Assembly: GCF_009834535.1 (NCBI RefSeq)
Contig: NC_045707.1
Span: 47,308,001 to 47,372,000 of the forward strand
Direction: 5' to 3'
DNA: 64,000 bases
From: Camelus ferus
Lineage: Eukaryota
Shown one piece after another: positions 49,600 to 60,672 of this stretch. The position numbers and the translations under genes were made by a program. A model generated the notes under the pieces. The model was not told the DNA's origin. It was given only the letters and a program-made list of their open reading frames with translations, and ran no database searches. Every line of letters begins with the position of its first letter. Position 1 is the stretch's first letter.

Positions 49600-50050
49600 A
49601 TGTCTGTCAGAATTAAAATTCACACATCCTTTGACTCTGCAATTCCAGACATGTATGCAGAAATATGTTTGTGGGAGCAAAAGATTGAAAACCGCCTACT
49701 TGTTTATGAGTTAGGGGCTGGGTAAATTTTGGGACATCCATACAGTGGAATATAGTGCAGCTGTTGAAACGAAAGAGGTAAATCTCACTGTGTGGATTTG
49801 CAATAAACTCCACAATATCTTGTTAAGTCTCACTAAGGAACAGAGGATTATATGTAAGAAAGGGAGGGGCACTATGCTTGTATATACATAGAGTATTTCT
49901 GAAAGGATACCTAAGAAATAGAATAGTAGCTGCCTCTTTGGGAAAGATGGTGAGACTGGGTTCCAGAGGTTAACAGAAGTTTACTTTCCACTCCTAATGT
50001 TTTGCACTGTTTGAAATTTTTATTGGCGAGATACATAAATCATTTTTTAA
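49600..50050 (+). mobile_element. Ancient L1ME-type 3' end
   Basis: CCTTTGACTCTGCAATTCC...ACATCCATACAGTGGAATATAGTGCAGCTGTT...TCTGAAAGGATAC...CACTGTTTGAAATTTT. Confidence 0.7.
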
Positions 50051-51779
50051 AAAGAATGCTAAAGGAAATGTAATTCTTCCCAGTTAATTAGGGTTTTGCT
50101 GGTGCTGGTATCAGTGCCCAATGAAATAGGCTGAAATATATGGTCTGATTCATGGACTAAATGGTTTAAAAACCTACAGAAGAAGGCATCTTTCAGTTAA
50201 GTGTATATTTGGGAAGAGTATTTCAGTAACTAATGAATAATAAAAAAAAAAAAACTCATTGATTTGGGGCTGCTGGTTTTATGCTGACAGTTTGGAATCC
50301 TGGAGAGCTGTATAGAAAGCCCAGAGCTTCTCCCCAGGAAGTCATAGTAAAGGCCCTTTCATGTTGAAGGGTCACCCTGACTTACAGCCTGCAGAATCAT
50401 TGATTAAAGCCTTCTAATTTCTCAAATATTCTAATCCCATAGCTCTTAAAGAGTCATCATTGCTACTTCTCTTTTGCCTGTGGATGACTGAAGAATGCTT
50501 GAGAGGATAAACACTCATCGATTTATTTACTTTAAATAATACCCTGCTCCCTTGCAAGAGCTGATAAACTCAGTGGCCTTTAGAAACCAGTCACATGACA
50601 GCAACCTAGCAACCTCCCTCTGAAGTCGGCTTCATGGGCAGGCAGAAAAATAAGTACAGAAGAGTGGCAGCTAACACACATTTTCTCCTGAGACCTGCTG
50701 CTGAATCAACACACCGTGTTTTGGGAGAGGATATATGACAGTATACCCTTCATTTAACCTTTCACAGCCTGCATCATATCTTGTAAGGTTAGGTTTACTG
50801 TTAATTAACGCTTCATTTGCCTATGCCTTCTTTCTTCTCAGACTGTGAGCTCTTTTAGTGCTAGACTGGTGTTTTCACTCATTCATTTGTTCATTTATGG
50901 AACAAATATTTAATGCATAGCTACTGCATAAGTATGCTTTGCTAAGCCCTAAGGGATGCAAAGATGAATAAGATACATTCCTTGCTTTCAAATCACTCAA
51001 AATCTACTGGTCTCTTTACAGCTCGATAGTCTTATTCAGATTCGTATCTCCCAAGGTTATTGACACAGATGTTTAACAAATGCTGGCTGATTGAGAAACT
51101 GCTCAAGCTATGCACCCAGAACTGTGCCATGACATTGTGGGCACACATTAAATTTTCACTTTTGAGATTTCAGTACATCACCCATTTCTTGAGACTGCTC
51201 CAATAACAGCATTTAGAAACACAATTTCTTCCCTAGGTCAGACATTTCTAGACCTTGGAACAGACTCTTTTCGGGCTGGTACTGAGGACAACAATGGTTC
51301 TGACCCGGCAATAACCAGGGCTATGAACTCCTGAGGAAGTGGGCTCATTTTCACATGGACAAACAGTTACACTAACAAAGGGCACAGGAAGAGGGAAGGC
51401 AATCAGGGAAGCTAACGTCTCCTGAGCGCCTGCCCACAGCCTGGAATTCCACATGCTTCACTTCATTTCGTGAACATACACCCAGGGAACACAGTGATAC
51501 TGACGCATAAAAAAAGAAATGAACATTTTTGGTATCGGCCTGGCAGTTCATAGGTCACAGGTATATTTGTATGTATGTATGCATGTAATTATAACTTTAA
51601 GTATTTACCAAGCACTCTTCTATGTGCTAGGTGCCTAAAGAAGTATGAGCCATAGTGTGTGCCCACAATGAGGCAAATGAGATAAAGAAACACATCCAAA
51701 CTTAAATAACCCCGTGAAAATTATATAGAGGAACCAAGAGCTTAGAATTGACTGGATCCATAGGGAACTTTTAATCCAG

Positions 51780-52030
51780 AGTTACACTTCATTGGTGGCA
51801 TGGAAGATGATTTGGGTGTTATACAAATATTTTGAAATTTCATTAGGTATTCACTTTAATATGCATTAGAAGATCTTTAATTACAATATCTAACCCTTGA
51901 GTATATGGATATTCCCTCTTACTGTGAGGCTCTGTATGAAAATAAGTTGATTTAAAGATTGTCTAAAGGAAAATATCAAGTAAGTCACCAGGTATAGGGA
52001 TGTGATTCAGCAATATGGTAATGAATCTGC
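51780..52030 (+). mobile_element. Second MER112-like hAT element (degraded)
   Basis: ATTGGTGGCATGGAAGATGATTTGGGTG...TTTAATATGCATTAGAA...AGTTGATTTAAAG...AAGGAAAATATCAAGTAAG. Confidence 0.55.
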
Positions 52031-52329
52031 AAGTGTTGTTTGAATAACCTGAGTTTGAGAAATGCAGATCAAGTCCAATTTCTGGGCTGCAGAGAGGTTC
52101 AGTGAATTCTCCAAGGTCCAAAAGCCAGCAGAGAACATAGAACAGATCTGGTCACCTGACTGGTCCTCTGCCCCCACATCCTCATTCAATCACTACTTCC
52201 TGCTTTGCAGATAATGAAACAACATCCGTGAATTACGTGTCCTCTCATGGTACAATGACTCACATGAGAATTTGCAATGCAGAAAGGATAGAGTTGGCCT
52301 CGTGAAAAGTCAAAGTTAATATATTTACA

Positions 52330-52560
52330 GAGTACTTACAATGCATGGCAGTATTATAAAAATATCATACTTACTAATTTATTGTCATCCCCAAACCACC
52401 CTGTGAGATATACTTAGCTATTTCTACCATTCCCCTTTTCATAGGAGGAAATTAAGGAACAAAGATCAAATAATTTTCCTAAGATTATAACTTGAAAAGC
52501 TGGGATTTGAACCCAGGTAGTTCAGCTCCAGAATTTATTCTTTTAACCTCCACACACTCA
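52330..52560 (-). mobile_element. MIR SINE
   Basis: ACCACCCTGTGAGATA...GAGGAAATTAAGG...GCTGGGATTTGAACCCAGGTAGTTCAGCTCCAGA. Confidence 0.75.
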
Positions 52561-55489
52561 GCTCACCAACAATAAGTGAAGAGGTAGAAGAAGCAACCTG
52601 TCTCCCTGGTGAAAAGGGACAGAGTCTGCTCAGCTCAGACAATATATTTCTCCCTGTTTCAAATTCCCCGGTTAGTCCTTGTTTGTCATAAGGAAGACGT
52701 TGTTTCTTCAAACCATTACTTTTTAATGTGCAGAAACTCCAGAGAGGAACCAGAGATTACCAAGAGCAACTTTTGTATAGGAATAATTTATTACATCACT
52801 TTGATAAGAACTGTAAAGAAATAGTCCAACTCCCAAAGGGAGAGGAAGGAGAGAGTCATGGGAGGTGAAAGGAGAGAAGGACAATTTGAGGACACTGTGA
52901 GGCTGAGAGTGACACGGGAGAGGAGGTCCCTGCAGGACTGGTCCATGCACCGCAGGGGGCCACCAGGTGCTGTGAAAGCCCTGCCTGGTGCCCAGCGCTT
53001 GGCACAGCACCTGGCACAGAGCAGGTGCTCACAAGCTTTATGGAGTGAGTGGAAGCCTGGATGGAAATAAAAGCCAAGCCAAGAGGCAGGCACGAGTACA
53101 GTGATTGGAGGTGAGAGGGCATCACACCAACTCGACTTACTTTATACCTCTGCTCCAGGTGAGCCCAAGGAGACCACACAGAGCTTCATATCAGACAAAG
53201 GAGCTGGGAGCTCGCCGTTTAACAGTGCTTTTAATGTGTCTAAGACACCTTGTTTTGGGGAAATCCATTTCATTTTTGTCACCTGTCAGAGGAGCCCAGC
53301 TCAATCTTCTGGCCTAGACTCCTTTAGAGGAAGAGTCCTCATTCCCCCTCGCAACAGGGTGCTTCAGGGTAGGCCAAGGACGTCTGGGGACCAGAACCAT
53401 CCTCCTCTGTGCTGGTGCCAGAGAGACATCAGCCCCCGGCAGTTGTCTCCACCTCACTAGCAGGTGCTGACAGCTAAGCCATTCCACGCACCTTTGGGGC
53501 AAAGAACTGCCGAAAACCAGGGCCAAGCTCAGAGCCTGAAGATTCCTCCAAAGGCTGCAAGGAGAAACCTTGGGTGCATTCATGCATTACATAAGTAGTA
53601 CGTTCTCAGTGCCCCACTGGTGCACAGAGCCCTGGGCCTCTCAGAATTGCGCAATTCTTACGCAGGAGCACTTGTTAAGTGTTGCAACATGACTCCACAT
53701 CTTTATCAAAAATGTGAAACATCCACCCAGCACACACTTAGAAAACACTAAAGCTCTTCTCCACCAGGTGGTTAAGGCTGCTTGATCCGGCTGACAGGAC
53801 AGGAGCAGCACGGGACAGGACGGGGAGGTGGGGCATGACTTACTGTAGCTCTTGGCCCAGAAACCTGAACGCTCAGTACCTTGTACCCCACTAGCCTTGG
53901 GCAGCACAGGCTTCTGATAAAATGTATTTTTTTGTGTGTGTTTGTTTTTCCTGGCAGTCTCATTTCGGGTTATAAATGGCTCATTATTTCCATCCCATAG
54001 ATCCATTCTTGCCTCTGTTGTGTCCTCTTCTTGCTTCTGAAATAACTGAAAGGTTGGTAAAAATCATCCCTGATGAACCCTGCATGTTCTGACCATGAGC
54101 AAAGGCTAAATGTCCACATCACTCCTGCGGTCTACAGTTGCTCCTGTGTGGGAGAGGTTGGCTGGAAAGGCCCCCCGAAGCAGAGGGGATATCATTCTAT
54201 TTACACTAAAGTACTTGGTGCGCTTAAATGCCAGGAAGTGGCGTGGACTTTCGCTTGCTCCAGTCCTGCAACCTTTTCAGAGGACTATTGGGCAATCATC
54301 AGAGGTTACAAAGTTGGAACAGCATTCCCCCCAGATAGGTCATTTTCCCTGCAGGACAGCTTGGAGGCAAATTTTATTAAGTATCAAGTAGCTGACCCAA
54401 AGCAGTATAAATAGCGAGAGAGCATATGACAAACCCAGAACTGAATGTGGTTAAAGCCCAGGCTGAATACGTGTAATGTGTTTACTGTCATCAGCACCTG
54501 CGTGGAGATGTTTGCCCAGCATCCATCCAGGAAAGGCACTGAACCACAGAGATGGAGTTATTAAGGTTCAATCTTAGAAAAATAATTTTATCCCTACTCT
54601 TGAAAGCTTGCTGACTACTCAGTCAACCCAAGAAAGGGACCTGAGGAGAGGTTGGATGTACTTTTTTATATGTAGAAACTGACATAATATATCCTAAGTT
54701 CAGCCAGCTAAGAGCCAGAGAACAAGCCTGGAAGCATGGTTTATAGTGGGCAGGAACTGTAGGCAGTCACCATCAGATGATAGGGACCCCAAAGTTAGAA
54801 TTTTTAAAGGGAAATATGGAGAGAATTTTAATTCTCTGTTTCCCCCTGTTGTTTCCTATCTTTATTTTAGGAAACAACCCAGTGCAAAGCATGCTTTAAT
54901 GAGATTGATCAGGCCCCAGATGATTGGGTTATAAGAAGCCACTGAGCCTTCCCAGGCCAGTTTCCCAAACAGGCTGCCCTGTTTGTCCTGTCCCCACTGG
55001 CTGGAGCTGTTGACATTCCAGAAGATAATTTTGTGTTCTTAAAATTATGGAAGGAAGCTCTGGGGAGACATGGCGTAAGACTGACTGACAGCAGAATTGG
55101 CTGAACATTTTCACTCAGAGACAACAAATTTCCAAGGCTGCCTTGGTCTTGCCTGCAATGGCAGCTTCCCATATCCCTGGTAAGGAAAGACTTCTGCTTC
55201 ATCAGGATCAAAATTCCAAAACTGTTTTGAAAGGTGGCAGTACTGTTAGGGTCTAACATCTTTGAAGAAGAGAGTAGCCTCCTGAATATATAAATTCTTG
55301 TATGTTTATTAAAAATCAGTATCATTACTTTGTATCTAGAACCGAGACAAAAAAGGCCATAGGCTTCCAGAGGCCAGCGTGGCCACGAGGGGCTGATGCA
55401 GCCAGGACATGCTGCGCGGAGGCTGTGGGGCATGGACTAGGTCCTGCCCTTTTCCAAGACTCACTCTCTACTCCCACAAGGACTGCTGG

Positions 55490-56020
55490 CTCCCTCGCCG
55501 ATATTCACTCGCCATTTCTTCCTCAGTAAACCAACTCCTATCTGGCAATGAGCCTGGCTAAAGACTACATTTCCCAGCCTTCCTTACCGTAGGGGTGGCT
55601 AATAAGACCTAAAGAGTTGTTGGGAGGGAGGCATTGCCAGACAAAATTTCCCAGTTAAATTTGAATTTCAAATAAGCAATGAATAATTTTTAATATGAGC
55701 ATTTCCCATGTAATATATTAGTATTTTTCATTTGCCAAATTGGCAACTCTCCAGTTAAGTCTTCTGGGAAACAAGGTAGGACATTCCTTTTGCCCTTTTT
55801 CCCCTTTCTCTTCTTTCCTGGGATATGGATGGGATAGTCAGAACTTCAGCAACCATCCTGGATCATGAGTTTAAGGATGGCAGAAGAGAAAAATGGAAGA
55901 CTCGGGTCCCTAATGATTGTATCCCTTCTGACTTTATGTGTGAGAATAAACCACTGACTTGCTTTAGCTACTAATAGTACCCTCTTACTTGCATCCAGTT
56001 GCTATTTGTAACTGATACAG
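55490..56020 (+). mobile_element. MaLR solo LTR (MLT1J-like) containing a MER53-like hAT MITE (55630-55750)
   Basis: AAAGACTACATTTCCCAGCCTTCCTT...CAGCAACCATCCTGGATCATGAG...TGAGAATAAAC...TAACTGATACA; insert TTGCCAGA...CCAGTTAAATTTGAATTTCA...TTGGCAACTCT. Confidence 0.75.
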
Positions 56021-57899
56021 TCATGATAAAAAAAATTCACTGTTAATTTTGGTGTTAAGTCAGTTTACCATGTGTCTTCACCTCTGCCTTTTATGTGACA
56101 CTCTCCTTTCACTTATTATTTTTTTCAAGGTCCCCAAGAGGGATGGGTGGAGTTCCTTATTACCTTTGAAATGACAGCCCTCAGCATGAGCTTTTACATG
56201 ATGTTATTACCTGACTGTTTTGCAAACAGCATTTAGGTATTTTGAGTATTTGCGTCAGGTAATTAATAATAATATTTCTAAAGTTCTTATCTCTGTGCAA
56301 AGTTTGGCCTGAAAGCTCAAGTCCTCTGAAACTCCAGAACCATTATTTCAAAACAGTGAAATTACATTTGAATTTCCATCTTCTGCTTTGAGAAAACTTT
56401 CTTTTATATAGTTTAAGTTTTCATTAGCCCTTATATTGATAGCCTCCCTTATATGAGGTAAAGATTAGCTATGAATGGTCTTGTGTACAGGTAAAGCTGA
56501 TTTGCCAGGCTCTATGAGTAATTCAGGAATAATGTAAAACCGAATTCCTCTAGCCTTGTTAGCAAGTCGACTTCTTTGAATGGTCCCTGTGAGGCATTCT
56601 GAGAAATGGAGGGGTCATAGAACTGGCCTCTTTATGTATCAGCCCAGGGTAAATAGCTTACCTCGGCTGGGTATGCAGAGGAAAAGACGTTCCTGGGCTG
56701 TGAACTGTATAAATGCCTGCCCTTCCTTTTGCAGTGGAATCTTTCAAAGGTTAAGTAATAGTAAATAATCAACTAAGATTTCTCAGATTGGTTGCGTTTA
56801 CCTTTCTCTGAAAAAAATTTTTCCCCATGAAGACAAAGCAACTTTGGAATGAGAGCAATATTTCCTTTTAGGCCTCCCTGCTTCAGACATTCAGAGAACA
56901 AGATCAGGCCTGGCCTGGCTAGCAGAGGCTGCCTGGGGCAGCCAGCCAGACTTGCCGTGTGAGTGAGAGGAGGTAAGTTAGAATTTAACAGAAGAGAAGG
57001 AAAGAAAACTCCCATTTAATATTGTAAGTTTCTGCATGGGACTTTCAAGGGTAAGCAGAATCTTGCCCCTCACTGGGGATAAAAAAAGTTGAAAGTCAAA
57101 TCCTGAAATCTGAATTATATTACAAATATATAAATATATATATATATTACTTGCTCCACAAAGGAGCAAGGAATACACCAATGGAGAGATATTGACCAGG
57201 AAGATCTGGCCTTGGTATCTAATGACAGGTCATGATGTCATGGTCATTAGCTCAGAAGAATTGACAGTTGAGCCCATTTGTATGTATCCATATTATAGAT
57301 GCAAATAAAAGTTGGGCTGATGTTAGTTGGGGAAAAAAAAAGCAAATCTGTTCATTAGTATTATCTATACAATGTTAAGGGGAAAATAATTTATTTTTGG
57401 TTCAGTGCACATTGTTTCGTACAGGGCATACTGATTATATTCATATCGAATACCCATTCAGCAAGCATGCTTTGAGTGCCTACTATGTGCCGGGCACTAT
57501 GCTAGGTGCTGGCAATGCACCCACTAGTATAGTGCTGACAGCAGAAAGGATAATAATGCCTTTGAACTTCACAAGTAGGTTAGAATTTTTCAGGGGCCCT
57601 CTTTTCTCTTCCCTCAACAAGAGCACAGCCAGAGCCAGCCACCTGCCTTGTACTGTGATCTCTAAGGGAATGACAATGGCTGTTTAAACCAAAAGTGCAC
57701 CATGGGCACATTTGCAATTTTCCTCCTTTCTTTTAATAGCCTTATTATAAGCCCTGAAGTGAAAAATTAGAAGATTTTTTTTTAATGTTAGAAATCTCTT
57801 CTCTGCTACTTAGTAACAACAACTTTGGTCAAGTTTTAAAATTTTTCTAGGACCATGTATAAACATTTATAAAATGAGATGGTAGAAAGTAGGACTAGG

Positions 57900-58100
57900 T
57901 TGAATTAATGATTCACTGTTAGCATAAACAATAAGAGTAGGTTACTAGCCACTTACAAACTGTATGATAGGGTAGTTACTCAATCCTCTTAAAGTCTCAG
58001 TTTCCTTATCTAAGAAATGGGGATAATTTGCTAATTGTTGTAAGGATGAAATGGGTTAATGGGTAGCACACCTAGTTCAATGCAGGGCATAGTATAAGTC
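57900..58100 (+). mobile_element. MIR SINE
   Basis: GCCACTTACAAACTGTATGA...TCTCAGTTTCCTTATCTAAGAAATGGGGATAAT...GTTGTAAGGATGAAATG. Confidence 0.75.
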
Positions 58101-59001
58101 CCCCGGCGAATGTAACTGTTTTCATCCCACTCAACAATGATTTTAATCTTGCTCTGTTGTATGTGTGTATGTATGCATTGCTTTGTCTCTCCTCTGTATC
58201 TGTCATTTCTCTATCATCACTGATACCTTAGTAAGAGGTTAACTGAGGGATGTCAACATATTAGGACACAAACATGTAATGGATTCTTTTTCCCCCCCGC
58301 CGCCATCAGTACTTTCAACGATGTTGTGTCTAATCCCTTTTTCTATCCCTCAACCACACCTAAGGCATATTGTAGAAATGTACAGTTTTAGAAAGCTAGG
58401 TCCATAGCATTTGAATCTTATTCTGGTTCACAGCTTCTCTCCTCCCTCCTCCCCTTCCTAGGCTCTGGCTCCTCCAGGGCATTGGGCAGGGAGCAAGGGG
58501 AGGGCGAGGAACCGATAGTGCTTAATTATCCACCTATGTCTGTGATTCTCTCACCCCTGTGGGTGCTGTCTCAGGCAACCCTTGCTGGCGTGTTGGTGCC
58601 CAAAGCCGGTGGTACATTGTGGGTCTTTGGAGGGCCCTGTGGGGCTCCTGACTGTATAGTTCAGTGACCTGGAAGACCTGGCCCCCATAGACCTCCTCTA
58701 CCCCTCAGTTCTGCCGTGGCTGTTACCCTTCCAGACTGTTACACTGTGGCACCATCTCTCTAGCATCTAGCGAGTTGTCTCCGTTCTCATGCGTAATTTC
58801 ATTGGAATTTGAACTGTGTTCTGAGAATATAATTTTTGCCCTTTAGGTGCTTAGAGCTCCCATGGGTATCTACAACTGACTGAGACACAGTTAATTGAAT
58901 AAAGGCAGGAGGGGCTGCATCGTGGGCTTGATTCAGTCTCAGTGATTTACTTGTCTTCCATTAGTTCGGATTCAAAGTCCTTTATTAAAAACAAGGGAGT
59001 C

Positions 59002-59125
59002 GGGGGAGGGTATAACTCAGTGGTAGAGTGGTGCTTAGCATGCACGAGGTCCTGGGTTCAATCCCCAGAACCTTCATTAAAATGTACAAACAAACAAACA
59101 AACCTAATTACCCTCCCAAACAACA
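59002..59125 (+). mobile_element. Camelid tRNA-Ala-derived SINE (Vic-1-like)
   Basis: GGGGGAGGGTATAACTCAGTGGTAGAG...CTTAGCATGCACGAGGTCCTGGGTTCAATCCCCAG; 14-bp TSD AAAAACAAGGGAGT (58987-59000)/AAAAACAAAGGAGT (59126-59139). Confidence 0.9.
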
Positions 59126-59279
59126 AAAAACAAAGGAGTTGGTATAATAACCAATTTGTTTATATATTCTAAATAAATAATTATAAATGTTATTTATGTA
59201 ATATATTAACTATATTATTTTATGTTAAATCTACACAATATTTTAAATTATATATCATATATATTATTATATATACTTT

Positions 59280-59550
59280 TGTCAAAGAAGGAACTCTTTC
59301 CTTAAGTTTTAAATGAAAATGCTTTTATTGACTATATATAATGTAATATAAAATATAACATATAATGTATATTATTTTATTTATACATTATATATAATAT
59401 AATTAAGTATTATTATATATTAGGTATGTAATATTTACATAAATGTATTTTATTTTATATTTTACATATAAATATAAAAATATATATTTATATATCAATA
59501 AGGATATTTTCATTTAAAACTTGTTAAAGCAAAGTGTTCCTGCTCTGACA
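59280..59550. repeat. Imperfect inverted repeat (52/56-bp arms) around an AT-rich spacer
   Basis: Arms 59280-59331 and 59495-59550; perfect 17-bp core AAGTTTTAAATGAAAAT (59304-59320)/ATTTTCATTTAAAACTT (59506-59522). Confidence 0.85.
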
Positions 59551-59894
59551 AGTAAGAATCTGGTTGCTTATCTCATTTTGTCTCTATTTTAAATGTATGT
59601 TCTCAAACAATGATATAGTCCTCTGTTTTTGAGCATATTTAATACATCCGTAAATGTTCTGTTGCTCTTAAAAAACTTTAAAAATTACAATATAACTTTC
59701 ATAAAGTAATAAATTTTAAGGTTCAGCTTAATGGAATTTTACATATCTATCTACATGCCATTGAGTATGTACATCTGAAGTACCCTAAGTGATCACCTTA
59801 TGTCTATTTTCATTTCTACCCGACTACTCTCTAATTAAAAAAAAAAAAAAGGCCAAGAGAAGCAAGGGGGGGATGATAAGGAGAAGAGAATGAA

Positions 59895-60115
59895 CACTGA
59901 TGAGTTCTACCTTGTGGCAGGCATCCTATGGCTCCTTACATGGACTCTCCAGTTCAATACTTAGACAAACATAATGGGGTCAGTCATGTTATCCCCATTA
60001 TAAAGAGGAGGACATTGGGGTTCAGAGTGGCTCAGGAATTTGTCTATGATCATACAGTTAGTTAGAAAGAATTTGAAATGAGGCTTCTTTGGTCCCAAAG
60101 CTTTATTCTTTCTCT
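59895..60115 (-). mobile_element. MIR SINE
   Basis: GTTATCCCCATTATAAAGAGGAGGACATTGGGGTTCAGAG...GATCATACAGTTAGTTAG...ATTTGAA. Confidence 0.7.
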
Positions 60116-60145
60116 TGGACAATTACCAAGAAGCCATGGTACTCC

Positions 60146-60672
60146 CTCTTAACTTGGGTTTCCCAAAAAGCAGAGCCTGGGATATTTTGTTTGAAAAGTG
60201 ATCTCAGAGAGGAGTGGAAAATAAGAGATGGGATAGGGAAAGAGGGAAAGCCAATACAAGGATGAGTTATTGGTTTGACCACTCCTGCAGACAACTTCAC
60301 TGGAACCTTCTGAAAAGCCTTATGAATTACGTCTCAAAAATTTCTGCATGGTAGACTAAAAAAAAAAAGTGACTACATATTCATTAGCTTCTGTCATGTA
60401 TTGGTCAAGCGTAGTTCCATGGCATGAATGACCTTACTTCTGGGTTGTAATGTGGTTGTGCCAATATTCCCCTCAGTGTACTGTACCTTGCAGAAGAGAA
60501 GACCTGGGACGGGAAGCAAGAGGTATGCAAAGGGAGTGCAGGTGAGACGCTATCAGATTTACACCCATAGGAAGCTGGACAAAGACTCCATGGAACTTGA
60601 TGCTGCAGCAGTGAGCTGAGTAGGAGACTGGGCTGAGAGGAAGTGAAGTGGAGCATGACAGTATTCAATACA
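60146..60672 (-). mobile_element. ERVL solo LTR (LTR33-like)
   Basis: TTGGGTTTCCCAAAAAGCAGAGCCTG...GGAAAGCCAATACAAGGATGAGTTATTG...ATTGGTCAAG...GGCTGAGAGGAAGTGAAGTGGAGCA...AATACA. Confidence 0.75.

Noticed and set aside
53759..53775. CTCF-like CCACCAGGTGG (and CCGCAGGGGGC near 52950)
   Set aside because: Each misses key consensus positions and cannot be supported without a PWM score or ChIP data.
53844..53913. Minus-strand 70-nt exon-like segment (TTTTATCAG...ACA|GTAAGT)
   Set aside because: Weak acceptor, unrecognisable peptides, and no partner exons found.
52850..54560. CpG-island promoter
   Set aside because: CpG and GC are only mildly raised by eye, with no dense CpG cluster or GC-box array.
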